In this document: positions 28,401 through 37,887 of the stretch, in pieces | Numbering within the stretch: position 1 is the first letter of the stretch | Layout of the letters: each line of letters opens with the position of its first letter | From: an uncultured virus (IMG/VR IMGVR_UViG_3300047319_000243) | Lineage: Duplodnaviria; Heunggongvirae; Uroviricota; Caudoviricetes | DNA: 64,000 nucleotides | Virus record (IMG/VR): IMGVR_UViG_3300047319_000243 | Reading direction: 5' to 3' (one strand) | Program-made: the position numbers and the translations under genes | Notes under the pieces: generated by a model | Databases searched by the model: none | What the model was told of the DNA's origin: nothing | The model's input: the letters and a program-made list of their open reading frames with translations, nothing else

Positions 28401-29228
28401 CGACATCACGGCCGTCAGCCCCAGCATCGGGCCGATCTGCGACTTCATGGCGTCCCACGGACTCGTGTCATCCACGCCATAGTGGTTCTCGATCGCCGCG
28501 CTCGTGCCGGCCTGCGCCATGCCCAAACCAACGTTCTCCGCGGCGAGGCCCGGCAGCGCCTTGGCGACCGGCGCGAGAATGCCGTCCCGCCCCGCCAGCT
28601 GCCCGAGGATACCCTCGGCCGTCGTCGTGCCTTCGATACCCACCATCTTGCCGAGCGCCGTGCCAGCGCCGCCGAGCAGGCGACCACCGACCATGCCCAT
28701 CGCCGTCTGACCCGCGAACGTCGCGCCCGCGTTGAGCGCGGCGGCCTGCCGAGCCGTCGCATCATCGACACCCTTGGCCTTCGCTTTCTCCAACGTGTCT
28801 TGGCCGGCGGCACCACCACCCATCGCGCCGAGCGCCGCAGCACCGACCGCCGTAGCAGCAAGAGCAGGCGCGCCGAGCGTCGCAGCACCCGCACCGATCG
28901 CCATCGCCGGTGCCGCGCCCGCCGCGATCTCACCGCCTTGCGCCAAGTTATTGACGAGCCAGCCATGCTGTTCCGGCTGCAGCTGCAGGCCGGGCTTCGC
29001 GCCCATGCCCTCGCCGAACTGGCGCACCGCGCCCCCGACGTTATCCGCGCCCGCGTATTGCAGCGCCTTACCCGCCATCGTCGGGAGGTCTACGAGCGCG
29101 CCGCGCGCGATACCCGTGCCGATTTCGCCGAGCGCGCCGCGCGCGGGCGGCGGTGCGACTTCCTGCGCAGTGCTCGGGTCGAACTGGCCGTCAACAGGTT
29201 GAGCGGTGCTCGGGTCGAAGTTAGCCAT
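22431..29228 (-). CDS. Large internal virion (ejection/polyvalent) protein with GNAT-like and HExxH domains
   Basis: About 2265 aa from MANFDPST; KRQGVASAMY GNAT motif A; LLHEATH; YFSLGRDG (PLxRFG-like). Confidence 0.85.
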   Translation of the reverse strand: MANFDPSTAQPVDGQFDPSTAQEVAPPPARGALGEIGTGIARGALVDLPTMAGKALQYAGADNVGGAVRQFGEGMGAKPGLQLQPEQHGWLVNNLAQGGEIAAGAAPAMAIGAGAATLGAPALAATAVGAAALGAMGGGAAGQDTLEKAKAKGVDDATARQAAALNAGATFAGQTAMGMVGGRLLGGAGTALGKMVGIEGTTTAEGILGQLAGRDGILAPVAKALPGLAAENVGLGMAQAGTSAAIENHYGVDDTSPWDAMKSQIGPMLGLTAVMSPLGLAGKALAVRNAKSRADMLAGTEATPEIRGQLADQYAAALAKADPNAAAAFRQNAENAIRENNPLPIDASLFTPDSIQGPQYTDGQREMFGAPPAAEAGAPLQPGEQGDMFGGGGMREAPAENPNQGDLFEQPAAPEQTGDQGQLDLSAPAAPAEAVQLPQTPPAMSTQAFINQLTGADSRKPTKKQTDAAKADAEAAFNAPSGVWAQDAANGHERELTVQERANQLYPEQTEAPAAATPTNEGTSAQPVEAKAETPPETATPAPREANAPKAADEITSDITAANKAVTGDDTIKKQALIPVQKQLDALGIDKMASHQEQIDAVDGLLQSDKKLGQATRDRLQALSDQWKEAMPKAEEPAAPAEGYKANQLPVAQGPNPRVPVTDIAQRATKDGRKYTTEYDPNEGRIVARDEAGNEIGELSTEFNHGDPNAFAAWVGTHDDWKRQGVASAMYDHYGESVGPLKPSSILTEAGEAAWEGRARRDPAVRDVYNRFLDEQIAQSEAAVKRSAEEGRPDHMSEADWGRMQADQQKRLDNLQDSRAKANPPEAPAEPAKPIASPLDTPPPAGTARVMATLPDNTGKKPIEQAFDMRDALKSVADEYAAKGTLTPEQAEHATHVQSLLNAFKDMTGRKFKDMSDGSKRANDYIDGMLEYGRDALDGQTGETLASRSNLPGQTNPNLLDSIGGQHVEGKLHDVLGNLAENGSKGWVRTYAKFLQSLNLPTKIMGHGDMDHPRDVDTLGQYTPAHDAIDLFRRGMTESTLLHEATHAAQAHLINFADGLRQAVARGYVPKSQFEARMLRMGQELEALRNEVILHASADKYAHEYGLTNNHEFLAELNSNPSFQQFLKDTVPAAEGNAAPKSLWQRAVDFVKKLFGATGKPAPAASFFDRAMSLNDEYFDVAKMQRDFDSSPAGALHSTDQVLHSMASAADHIERITDKLPTANRGLFQKMLGWKTVDFIAHQVRTTPAMVESGFAKAVDGYRAARDARRVVAEQLSQSLGEYSERAKAALRATKDAKAFNLKLMRIAGEASINGFDFTKNYADNLKIDKALGANADYVNAIHREFRQLPEPLQKTLIEGAQQNRKTYVQTVASISSNLMSVHTGVVPRLEAEIARLQPGDEARARLENQLALARAQSDFAAKHMPLMDFMDKSLQGATNANADLHLDGAASALDQRVRDMFTEAKDLPEGSPLQNGLAEIKRMYYAQTKAPYFSLGRDGDHYVNIKFKDGAQITPAVQAKLEQALGGSNKVLGNLRDQKNAFFRVDSLDQAQGLFDKLVKAGGADVIDVPQSSRGMLTINDMQGAAGITPALRQLERSLHDNANIDTSLTPEQQMAVKQNITRQLLSMLPETAGRSAKMERKGVPGYDGDFVGNFARRASGTVQDLSNAYTNRQFAQSLRDMKSSNELMNRGADGDAAARATMVSGEINKRYQNGMTRVDNTHINMLNSFGHSFYLAVSPAFFIRTMAQPYHRGVPILGARYGFVGAAKEMAKATGTAMNVIRNSIAAGWGADGIHGVMSTGMKFDNMPGLNPEDKAFVQEMHDRGVLKLGQAQQLQHAMEGSTQRQQDMARLASMSAQYAEMTNRLTVGLAAYRMARAGSKGFRPMDVNGATDWAHEAINNAMDNFDPDNTARQIGKFGFAGRSTPLFTSFMNYNLQTMQQIVRTVQDGYFAKDKSTPEGQQRIKESRREFGGLMAATFAISGALGLPFANAFAGVYNTLMKDNDDPSDIRGDFRNFLTNTFGQGTGDFIAHGAGSLINMDTSTFGLENLLPGSEFLASRAQLKDKIGEQSQQLLGPALNGLIDVGLGAHTMMEGNYIKGLENMLPSGIKPYYKAAELAGAIGPGGYTDAKGNKLPAPLNDAGAWDIGLQAAGFRTAEKATRDEAAHEFSENQQILQHRREIIGDRVFKATQSKDPGDMTNALEMVGDYNRANPTQAITDLSSIVRRHLTENALGAGLGIAVTKRQMPVAKEQLGYAAMPTKQ

Positions 29229-29230
29229 TA

Positions 29231-30697
29231 TTATTTCTTCTCCACAATCGGCGACCACGTGCCGTCTGCGTTGTACATTTGCACGTTGCCCTGCCCATCA
29301 CGGTATTGACGGCCCGGCACAAATTTCGGCTGCGAGCCTTGCGCGCTGATCGGCCCCGGCATTCCGCCGGGATGCGTCGCGCGCGTGCCGTACGTCGTGA
29401 GCGGAATGCCCATGTGCGTCACCGGATCGACACCCACGGTCGTGCCGGTCGGCACCGTGCCCGTCGCGTTCGCATAGTGCTGCTCGCCCACCTGCATACC
29501 GGTCGTGGCGATATTGCCCACCAACGAGTTGTCAGAGCCGTACATCGACGCGTTGGCGTACGTGTTCGCGTTCTGGATACCGGCCAACGAGGTGTTAAAC
29601 GCGTCCGCACCTTGCCCCGAGGTCGCGCCTTGGTTGTTCGGTCCCATGACCGCGCCCAAGATATTGCCGATCGCACGACCGCGCGTGGCGCGGTCGAAAA
29701 TGTCGCTGCCGCCGTTGATGTAATCAATCGCGTCGCGCATGAAGCCGTGCGCGCGCTGTGCCTGTGCGTCGAAGCCGGCGCTGATCGCAGCTTGCGGGTC
29801 GCGAATGCCTGCGGGCATCGCACCGCCCATAGCGACAGATGCGGCCGGGAGCGGGTTCGCCAGACGATCAGCCAGTGCCGGGGAGGGCTGGCCACCATCC
29901 GCGCCGACGCCCGCGCGCGCGAGGCGTTCAGGCGTGTACTGCGGCGCGGCGGCAGCGGCCGGGGCCGGCTTTGCAGCGGCGGGCGCGGCGGCGGTAGCGG
30001 GCGCAGGCGCGGCGGCTTGCGCGGCCTTCGCCTCCGACGCGTTGAGGCGATCCGAGTACGGCGTGAGGCTCGACGAGCTACCACCGAACGCTTCCTCGGG
30101 GATGTACGGAATGCCCGCGCCGAACGCATTGGGCACGCGCAGCATTGTGTTGCCGACACCCATCACCGCGCGCGCCGGCATCGCGATCAAGTCCGCAGCT
30201 GCGGCACCCATATGCGCGACACCGCTAGCCATCGGGTTCACCACGTTGCCCATGATCGCGGCGCGGTCGCTCGCGGACTGCGCGGCGGCGGCCGGCGACT
30301 GCGGCGGGAGCAGCGAGGGTGCGGACTGCGCGGCGGCGTAATACGCATTGTCCGCAGGCGTCGCGACGTTCGTCGGGCCGAAAGCGGGCGCGGCGGACGG
30401 AGCCGGGCCAACGGCCGGGGCAGGAGCCGGAGCCGGGGCGGCGGGAGCCGGAGCGGGCGGAATGCCGCCGACACCACCGAACGAGTTGGGGGCCACGCCC
30501 GCGTCGCGCGGCAGCTGCATGTTCCGCAGCATCATCGTCATGTTCGGGTCGACGGCCGGCGCGACGAACGGCGGCCGGGCCGGGCCGGGGGCGGGAGTAG
30601 GCGAGAACGCCTGCGGCGCGAGCGCGCTCGCGCCAGTCGGCAACATGTGCGGAACGCCCGAGGCGTCGGGGTACATGGGCAGGTTCTGATTAGCCAT
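29231..30697 (-). CDS. Internal virion/DNA-transfer protein, Pro/Ala-rich
   Basis: Position before the large ejection protein; low-complexity composition. Confidence 0.7.
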   Translation of the reverse strand: MANQNLPMYPDASGVPHMLPTGASALAPQAFSPTPAPGPARPPFVAPAVDPNMTMMLRNMQLPRDAGVAPNSFGGVGGIPPAPAPAAPAPAPAPAVGPAPSAAPAFGPTNVATPADNAYYAAAQSAPSLLPPQSPAAAAQSASDRAAIMGNVVNPMASGVAHMGAAAADLIAMPARAVMGVGNTMLRVPNAFGAGIPYIPEEAFGGSSSSLTPYSDRLNASEAKAAQAAAPAPATAAAPAAAKPAPAAAAAPQYTPERLARAGVGADGGQPSPALADRLANPLPAASVAMGGAMPAGIRDPQAAISAGFDAQAQRAHGFMRDAIDYINGGSDIFDRATRGRAIGNILGAVMGPNNQGATSGQGADAFNTSLAGIQNANTYANASMYGSDNSLVGNIATTGMQVGEQHYANATGTVPTGTTVGVDPVTHMGIPLTTYGTRATHPGGMPGPISAQGSQPKFVPGRQYRDGQGNVQMYNADGTWSPIVEKK

Positions 30698-30707
30698 GTC
30701 GGTGTCC

Positions 30708-32744
30708 TTAATTCGAATAGTTGTGGTTCGTCACGTCGGCGGTCGAGTTGCTGCTGCTCGTGCTGTCCACCGTGCTGCTGCTGGTGCTCGTGCTGTCGAC
30801 CGTGCTCGTGCTCTTGCTCGTCGAATTCGACGTGCTGTTCGAAGTCACATTGCTCACCGAGTCGTTGAACGAGTTGCTGACGTTGAAGCCCACGCCGTAG
30901 CTCGTGTGATCGCCGATCTGACCGGAGAGGTTCACCGACGAGAGCGAGGACGCGGCCAGCTGCGCGGCCACCTGTGCGCCGCCCTTGACGGACTCGATCA
31001 GATAGTTGATCTGCTGCAGCAGCGTCTGCACGTTCGCCTTCGCCGCCTCGATCCGCACATCGGCGGTCGCCTTGGAAATGTCGGTGTCCGCGCGCATCAC
31101 GGCCACTTCACTGTCGATGCGGGACTGCTCGCCGCGCACCTGCGCGCTGAACACATCCGTGTTCGCCGAGTACGCTTTCACGAGCGCGCCGATGCGCTCC
31201 GTCTCCGCGCTCACCGACGTGCGGTACGCATCGGTCAACGACTTGAACACGTCGAGCGGCACCTCTTGCCCGACCTTGATCTCGATGTTCTTCTGCGCGA
31301 CCAGCGCATCCACCGCCGTCTTGAACCCGTTCACGCGCTGCCCGTAGGCGCTCGCCTGAATGTTGTAGATGTCGGCCTTCGACACCTCGGCCTTGACGCG
31401 CGTCGCGTACATGTCGTACTCGGCGGCCTTGGCGCGCACGGTCTCGGCGTAGGCTCCGACCATGGCCGAATAGCCCTCGATCGCCGTCTTGTTGACGGTC
31501 GCCTCGGTGTTCGCCGCCTCGACGCGCGCACGGAACATGTCGACCAGCGACTGCGCGGCGGTGATGCGCGCGCGGTATGTGTCAACCGCTTGCATGTTGA
31601 GGTCGCCGATCAGCTTCTGGCCTTCCAACTCGGCCTTGTAGACATCGAGCTTAGACAGTTCGGCCTGCAGCGAAGCCTTGAACGCCTCGACGCGCGCGGC
31701 GAACGCCTGAATGTCGGCGCTGTAACGCGCGACGGTCTCGCGATAGATGTCGATGCCGATCTGCTGCACGTACTTCGCGGTCTCGAACGAGCGCTGGGCG
31801 ATCTGGCTGTTGTAGTTGATCAGCCCTTCCTCGACCTTCCATGCGGTGTCGAAAGCGTACTTGCGGTTGCTCTGCTCCAGATCGGCCTGCTTCACCATCA
31901 CGTCGCGCGACTGATCCACCAGCGTCGATTGCGAGTCCTGCAGGCCCTGCGCGATCTCAAGCGCGAGCGCGCCCGGCGGCTTCGTGAAGCCGAGCCGCGC
32001 GAAACTGCGCATTGCCTCGGCCACCTTGCGGCCCGATGCCGTGATCTCGCGGTCGCGGCCACGATTCCAGATCGCCGCCTCCACGTCGGGGGAGAGACCC
32101 GTCGACGCGCCATTCACCCACGCGTTGAGCGTTGAGCGAAGGTCGGTCAGCAGGCCGGACGTGTACGCCTGCTCGCTGAAACTGAAAATGTAATCGGGCG
32201 CGAGCGGCGAGTCCGGCGTGACAGCGGTGAAAGTGGGCAGCGCGAGCAGCGGCGCGGCCGGCACCGAGATACCCATGAGGCTCGGCACATCCGGCAGCAC
32301 GATGTCCGGCGCGTCCGGCACCACCACGCCGTTGAGCGTCGGCGCGACCGGCGCGTTAGCGTTGAGCGCATCCGGCACCGCGAACGAGAGGTCGATCGGC
32401 ACCATCTGGTCGGTGAACTCGGGCGCGTTGCCCGGCGTGATCCCCGTGACCGCCGTGAGGGTCGGCGTGGCCGGCGCGGCCGGCAGATTCATCGTGAGGT
32501 CGCCGGGCGCGGTGGGCGCAACCGGCATGATGAACTGATCCACCTGCGCACCCACGGCCGGGAGCGTCCCGTCCACCGTGGGCAGCTGGCCCAGCTGCGC
32601 CGCCGCAACTTCGAGTTGCTGCAGAAAGCCGAGCGCTTCAGTAAATGCGGTGCCCGCGTACTGTTGCGCGTTGGCGAAACCCTGTGTGACTAGCGCGGAC
32701 GCGCCATTTGACGGCGGGGCCGGGATAGCAAGCTCGTCGCTCAT
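30708..32744 (-). CDS. Virion protein with long alpha-helical region and Ser/Thr tail
   Basis: 678 aa; Pro-rich N-terminus, coiled-coil C-terminus. Confidence 0.75.
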   Translation of the reverse strand: MSDELAIPAPPSNGASALVTQGFANAQQYAGTAFTEALGFLQQLEVAAAQLGQLPTVDGTLPAVGAQVDQFIMPVAPTAPGDLTMNLPAAPATPTLTAVTGITPGNAPEFTDQMVPIDLSFAVPDALNANAPVAPTLNGVVVPDAPDIVLPDVPSLMGISVPAAPLLALPTFTAVTPDSPLAPDYIFSFSEQAYTSGLLTDLRSTLNAWVNGASTGLSPDVEAAIWNRGRDREITASGRKVAEAMRSFARLGFTKPPGALALEIAQGLQDSQSTLVDQSRDVMVKQADLEQSNRKYAFDTAWKVEEGLINYNSQIAQRSFETAKYVQQIGIDIYRETVARYSADIQAFAARVEAFKASLQAELSKLDVYKAELEGQKLIGDLNMQAVDTYRARITAAQSLVDMFRARVEAANTEATVNKTAIEGYSAMVGAYAETVRAKAAEYDMYATRVKAEVSKADIYNIQASAYGQRVNGFKTAVDALVAQKNIEIKVGQEVPLDVFKSLTDAYRTSVSAETERIGALVKAYSANTDVFSAQVRGEQSRIDSEVAVMRADTDISKATADVRIEAAKANVQTLLQQINYLIESVKGGAQVAAQLAASSLSSVNLSGQIGDHTSYGVGFNVSNSFNDSVSNVTSNSTSNSTSKSTSTVDSTSTSSSTVDSTSSSNSTADVTNHNYSN

Positions 32745-32793
32745 TCATCGGACTCCTAAAGGATACCGAATGATACGCGAGCCGGGGATAACG

Positions 32794-34689
32794 TTACAGA
32801 CTTACTTGCAATTGCGGAATGTCGTAGCGGCCGATCTGCCACTGGAACGGGTCGATCGAGCCGTCCACCGCGCAGTCGACATCGCCGATCGGCATCGACG
32901 GGTTCCCGTTGGCCGGCGAGTACATGCCGACGCGCCCGAGTTGCGCACGCCACGCGGGGGTATGCTGCCCAGTCCAGTAGTGCGCCGCCATGCCGCGCGG
33001 CCCCGCCGGGTTGAGCGGGTTGGTGTTGCCCCCCGTGGCGTACTGCATGAAAATCGGGCTGCCCATGGTGCCGCGCGTGCCGTCCCACGGCAGCGCGTAG
33101 GTGATCAGGATCGAGCCGTTGATGAACTGCTGCGGGTAGAACATCGACGAGTCTTTCGTCGGCGGCTGACTGAATTCGAGCTTGAACGGGGAGACCGCCG
33201 CCCCGGTCGACCGGATCGTGCCGTTGTAAATCCACGCGCCGCTCGCGTCGTTCAGGACGATCGCCACGGCATCGGTCACGAGGTCGTGCAGCACAGAGCG
33301 CGGCGTACCGCCGAACACGAGCGGCGTCCATGAGCCGTTCTGAAGGACGAAACCGCCCGTCGCGGTGATCGCGTACGCCAAGCCCTTGCGCGTTACCACG
33401 ACATCGAGCGTGCCGGTCGGCGGGGTAGGCGGCCCGCTGCCGCCGATCGTTACGGGGTACGGCACGCCGTCAATCCCCAAGATCGCGTCACCCGCCGGGG
33501 TGATCGTCGCCCACTGATCGAAACGGTTGGTTGTCGCGAACCGACCGAACCGCGTGTCCAGCACCCCGGTCGATGACGCGATGCCCAGCCCCTTCCACAC
33601 GATCGACTTCGAGACCGTGCTCCAGACGAACGCGTAGCCGGTCATCTGCGGCGCGGCGGTCGGGTCCGCGCTCCAGCCCACACCGCCGTCGCCATATGCC
33701 TGCCCGCCCTGAAACATCACCGCGATAAGGCCCGAAGTGGAGGGCTGCGAGAGCGGCCATTGCTGCCAGTACCGGCTCGTGCCGATGTTGCCGTACATCG
33801 CCGTGTTGGAGCCATCGCCCGACGGGGCGTAGCGAATCCCGTCGCCAGCGGTGCCCAGCCAACCGTTACCGAAATAATACGAGCAGTCGCCCCATAGGTA
33901 CGCGTTCGAATAATTGTTCGCGATCGTCACGAGCGCATCCTCGGACATCGTGGCGGTCGCCCCATTCTTCGTGATCTGGATGAGGCTGCGGTGCGGCATG
34001 TTGACCGTTGGGCGGCTCGACGCGAACGAGGGCAGGCCATACGTGCTCGAATAGCGCGGATCGCTGGCCGTCCACACGTTCATGAAAAACGAGTCGGTCA
34101 CATAGTCGTATGTGAGTTGGCCGCCCCAGTCCGGTTGCGCGACGAGCGTGCGCGACGTTTCCGTGAGCGTCTTGTCGAGCGCCACCAGCTGACTCTGATT
34201 GTTGACGGTGCCGGGCTGATAGCGCCCGAACGTCTGGTCGACGAACGGGGCGGCATAGGCGAGGTACGTGACCTTGGTCGTCTTGTCCATGACCGCGCCG
34301 AGCAGCACGCCCGTGCGGTAGATCGGCGAGTAATACTCGGTCGTGCCGGGCGTCGTGGTCTGCACCGGCACCTCGTAGTCGAATGTGATCTCCACGTCCG
34401 GGATCACCGGCTGCTCGATCTCGACATCCGGGGTGGTTTCTGTGCTGGCGGGGGTCGCCGGGGGCGCGATCCTGATCGTGTCCTGCCCCATGATCGACGA
34501 GACCGTGATCACCGCGCCATCAGGCAGCGCCGTGGTCTGCGTCAGCTGCGAGAGGCCCCCGCGTTCCATGCGGTTCTTGAGCACGCCGAGCAGCGTGCGG
34601 GCCTGCCCCACGTACGGAGCGGCGGCCTCGTTGTCCTCTCCGAAGTCCTTGCGGACCTCGCCGAACTCACGCATCCCATCCCCCGACAC
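32794..34689 (-). CDS. Virion structural protein
   Basis: 631 aa, beta-rich, in operon. Confidence 0.7.
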   Translation of the reverse strand: MSGDGMREFGEVRKDFGEDNEAAAPYVGQARTLLGVLKNRMERGGLSQLTQTTALPDGAVITVSSIMGQDTIRIAPPATPASTETTPDVEIEQPVIPDVEITFDYEVPVQTTTPGTTEYYSPIYRTGVLLGAVMDKTTKVTYLAYAAPFVDQTFGRYQPGTVNNQSQLVALDKTLTETSRTLVAQPDWGGQLTYDYVTDSFFMNVWTASDPRYSSTYGLPSFASSRPTVNMPHRSLIQITKNGATATMSEDALVTIANNYSNAYLWGDCSYYFGNGWLGTAGDGIRYAPSGDGSNTAMYGNIGTSRYWQQWPLSQPSTSGLIAVMFQGGQAYGDGGVGWSADPTAAPQMTGYAFVWSTVSKSIVWKGLGIASSTGVLDTRFGRFATTNRFDQWATITPAGDAILGIDGVPYPVTIGGSGPPTPPTGTLDVVVTRKGLAYAITATGGFVLQNGSWTPLVFGGTPRSVLHDLVTDAVAIVLNDASGAWIYNGTIRSTGAAVSPFKLEFSQPPTKDSSMFYPQQFINGSILITYALPWDGTRGTMGSPIFMQYATGGNTNPLNPAGPRGMAAHYWTGQHTPAWRAQLGRVGMYSPANGNPSMPIGDVDCAVDGSIDPFQWQIGRYDIPQLQVSL

Positions 34690-35833
34690 GGCGGCGCAGC
34701 GTGGTCGGCTTCAGTTCGATGGTGTTGATGTCGAAGTCCGCGCCGTCGCGGTTGCGGACCTCAAACTGCCAGTAGCGCGCGCTCAAGCCCTTGCCCAGCT
34801 GCACGCGGTTGCCGTGCAAGTTGCTCGTGCCGTTGCCGCGCAGCAGGTAGTCGCGCTGATCCGTCTCATCGGTCAACACGCGCAGCACCAGATCGCCGTC
34901 CGAGCGATACCCGACGTAGACGCGATCGACGCGCTTGAGGTGCGACGAGCCGAAGTCGGAGATTCCCACGCGCGCATACGCGTCGATCATCGCGCCGTTA
35001 TCGGTCGCGCCCGAGAGAGCAAAAAGGCCATCCGCGCACGCGCCGATCGTCACGCCGTTGAATTGCGCGAAGCTCGTGAACGGGAAGTTGTCGTACCGCG
35101 TGAGCGCCATCGTCTCGGTGTGCATCGCGAAGGTCTGCGGCGCGCCGGCCGAGACGCGCCCGGTCATGACCAGATGCAGCGCCGGCAGCGTCAGCTGCGC
35201 GACACCCACCGTTTCGCCGAAGCCTTCCGCCGCGAGACGCATCACCGGCAGCGCGAGCGAGACGCTGCCGATCGAGCCGGTGCGGCCCTCGACGGCGAGC
35301 GCGAGACGCCGGAGCGTGAGCGCGACGCCGGCCGCTTGGCCCGCGATACCCGTGATCGAGATTACGCGCGGGCGCAGCTGCAGCGCCACACCGCCGATCA
35401 CCGACTGGCTCGCCGTGCTCGCTAGGCGCAGCGAAGGCAGGCGCAGCGACACCGACCCGATGACGCCTGTCGCGCCACTCGTTGACAGAGAAAGCGACGG
35501 CAGCGCGAGGCTCACGCCCGAGGCCGGGCGCATCACCAGCTGCGGCACCGGCAGCGTCAGGCGCACCGCGCCGTTCGCGCCGATCAGCCCGGTCGCTTGC
35601 AGTTTCAGCGACGGCAGGCGCATGCCCACCGCCGCCGATGTCCCGCCGCCCGCGATCGAGAGCTTGAACGTGGGCAGGGTGAGGGACACGCTGATCGACG
35701 CACCCACCGTTCCCGCGATGCCCATCTGCGGCACCGGCAGCGTCAGCACAACTCCCGCTTGCACGGGCGCGCCGACCGACCGCAGTACGGTGCGCGCTTT
35801 GTTGCCGGACAGGAAAGTGGTTACGTCGGCCAT
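34667..35833 (-). CDS. Virion structural protein
   Basis: Repeated LxLP motifs; C-terminal GKGL.ARYWQF. Confidence 0.75.
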   Translation of the reverse strand: MADVTTFLSGNKARTVLRSVGAPVQAGVVLTLPVPQMGIAGTVGASISVSLTLPTFKLSIAGGGTSAAVGMRLPSLKLQATGLIGANGAVRLTLPVPQLVMRPASGVSLALPSLSLSTSGATGVIGSVSLRLPSLRLASTASQSVIGGVALQLRPRVISITGIAGQAAGVALTLRRLALAVEGRTGSIGSVSLALPVMRLAAEGFGETVGVAQLTLPALHLVMTGRVSAGAPQTFAMHTETMALTRYDNFPFTSFAQFNGVTIGACADGLFALSGATDNGAMIDAYARVGISDFGSSHLKRVDRVYVGYRSDGDLVLRVLTDETDQRDYLLRGNGTSNLHGNRVQLGKGLSARYWQFEVRNRDGADFDINTIELKPTTLRRRVGGWDA

Positions 35834-35847
35834 GCGTTACCCCCCGA

Positions 35848-36624
35848 TTACTGCGCCGGAACCGTCATCTGCCACGTCGGCAGGGTGGTCGTTGCGCCCT
35901 GCGCGAACTGCGTCGAGTTCAGGTTCATTTCTGCGCCGCTCGTCGCGATCGCGCCGTCGATGCGCAACAGCTGGCCCGCCGAGTCCAGCGTGTTGTTGTC
36001 GAGCACCGCGCCGTGTTGACGGAACCAGCCCGCCACGCCGCCCGCGATGTTCAGACCGCTCCACGTTTGCGTCGAGAGCTTCGTGAGCACACCCGCCACG
36101 CTGTTGTCGAACAGCAGGCCGTTGGACGGTGCCGAGCCGTTGGCCATGGCGGCGGCCGAGGTCGTGATGCTGCCCGTCGTCACGGGGACGATCGAGAAGC
36201 CGTTCGCGCCTGCGGCCACGCCCAAGCCCGCGTAGATCGTGACGACGTTGCTGCTCGCGATCGCGGTATAGTCCGGCGAACTCTTGTAGCGGTTGATCTG
36301 TGCGGCCACATCGGCGGCCGTCTGCGCGAGCGTGCCGTTGAAGGGCACCGACGCGCCGAGGCAGTCCACGCCGTTGATCGTCAACGAGTTGACCGCGCCG
36401 GCCGAGCCGCCCGTGAGCGTCACCGAGCCAGTCGCCTGCACCTCGTTGACGATACCCTGCGAGTTGTTCGTGATACGGCACAGCAGCGTGCCAGTCGCCG
36501 CGGCGTCGGCCGAGGCCGGCTGCGCGCCCGTGTAGATTTCGATCAAGCCGTTGCGCAGCGCACCGTCGATGCTGCCTTGCTTGGCGAGGTAGTTGATCAT
36601 GCCGGTCGAGTAGCGTGCGGTCAT
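35848..36624 (-). CDS. Virion structural protein
   Basis: IYTGAQPASAD...AGWFR...RIDG motif. Confidence 0.75.
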   Translation of the reverse strand: MTARYSTGMINYLAKQGSIDGALRNGLIEIYTGAQPASADAAATGTLLCRITNNSQGIVNEVQATGSVTLTGGSAGAVNSLTINGVDCLGASVPFNGTLAQTAADVAAQINRYKSSPDYTAIASSNVVTIYAGLGVAAGANGFSIVPVTTGSITTSAAAMANGSAPSNGLLFDNSVAGVLTKLSTQTWSGLNIAGGVAGWFRQHGAVLDNNTLDSAGQLLRIDGAIATSGAEMNLNSTQFAQGATTTLPTWQMTVPAQ

Positions 36625-36636
36625 GGTGTGGACTCC

Positions 36637-37881
36637 TTAATAATTGGTCGCAATAAAACGGTTCGGGCCGGGCATAAAGACTGCCGCGCCTTGGCCGCTC
36701 GCTGAAAACGTGTACTTCGAACGCGTGAGATTGCGGATCGACAGGTCCGGCATGCCGACGCAGATGCCTTGCTGCGAGAGCCACATCGGCAACTCGCGCG
36801 CGCCCGCGCTGTCGTCGCCAAACAGGGAGCCGTCCACCATGTCGATCGCACCGGGGATCGCCCCGTATGGCACCTTCGGCACGTACTGGAACTCGCTGGG
36901 GTCGCTGCCCACGAGCAGGCCGCAGCTGCGGTCGGTGCCGACGAAAAAGCCGCTGTTCGCGCCCTTGTCGTAAAGCTCTTTCTCGACCATCGGCGCGAGC
37001 ATCGTGATCCGGCCGTCCAGCTGGATGTACTCGCGCATGTCGAACAGTTCCGGCGCGAACGGCTGCGAGGGGTAGAGCGTGTCGCCCACCGCCACGTACG
37101 CACGGCCGCGATAGAACGTCACCAGCTGCCCGCGCGGGCAAGGTGAGAGGAATTGTGTCGCGAGCGGGAGCGAAAGCTCGCTCGTGTCGTTGCCGTACGT
37201 CCAGAACTGCACCCCGACCGGCACGAGGCCCGCGAGATACAACGCCGTTCCGTTGGCCGTCGTCAGGTAGATCGCCTGCGTCACCACGTCATGATCGACG
37301 GCGTACGGCAGCGTGAAGGTGAGGCCGCCTGCCGCCGGCACCTCGACCACGCCCGCGAGCGGCTGCGCGCCGGACTCTTGCCCATCAGCGCGCATTTGCG
37401 TCACAACGAATTGATAGGAACCGGCGGGCATGCGGCCCGGCCCGACCGAGACGTACGGCAACGTCGGCACCGGCAGGCCCCACGAGCGCGACGCGCCGTT
37501 CTCGACCACACCGGTATCGATGCCGTTGTTGAAGTACACGCGGTCGTTCACGCGCACGTACGACACGGGCGAGTCGCCATCGTAGAGCGCGGCGATCGGC
37601 GTCGCGCTCATGTCGGCGTTCAGCTGCTGCAGCTGGCCATTGGCCACGAACAGGCACATCGAGCCTTGCGGATCGGCCCACACGGAATGCGCGGCACCTG
37701 CGCGCACTTGCGTGTAGCCGTCACGGCGCGCGAGGCGGCCCGTCTTGTCCAGATCGACGTTCACCGCCGAGGCGAGATCGGAGACCGTGAAGCGTTCGGG
37801 CGTGACCTCGTTACGCAGTCCGCTAAACGACTGATAGGCGACTACATCTTGGTCGCGCTGCGGGGCTTGGTTGTCGGGCAT
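36637..37881 (-). CDS. Tail nozzle/stabilisation-like virion protein
   Basis: FSGLRN...NVDLD..G.L.RR.G; follows the adaptor gene. Confidence 0.65.
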   Translation of the reverse strand: MPDNQAPQRDQDVVAYQSFSGLRNEVTPERFTVSDLASAVNVDLDKTGRLARRDGYTQVRAGAAHSVWADPQGSMCLFVANGQLQQLNADMSATPIAALYDGDSPVSYVRVNDRVYFNNGIDTGVVENGASRSWGLPVPTLPYVSVGPGRMPAGSYQFVVTQMRADGQESGAQPLAGVVEVPAAGGLTFTLPYAVDHDVVTQAIYLTTANGTALYLAGLVPVGVQFWTYGNDTSELSLPLATQFLSPCPRGQLVTFYRGRAYVAVGDTLYPSQPFAPELFDMREYIQLDGRITMLAPMVEKELYDKGANSGFFVGTDRSCGLLVGSDPSEFQYVPKVPYGAIPGAIDMVDGSLFGDDSAGARELPMWLSQQGICVGMPDLSIRNLTRSKYTFSASGQGAAVFMPGPNRFIATNY

Positions 37882-37887
37882 ATCCCC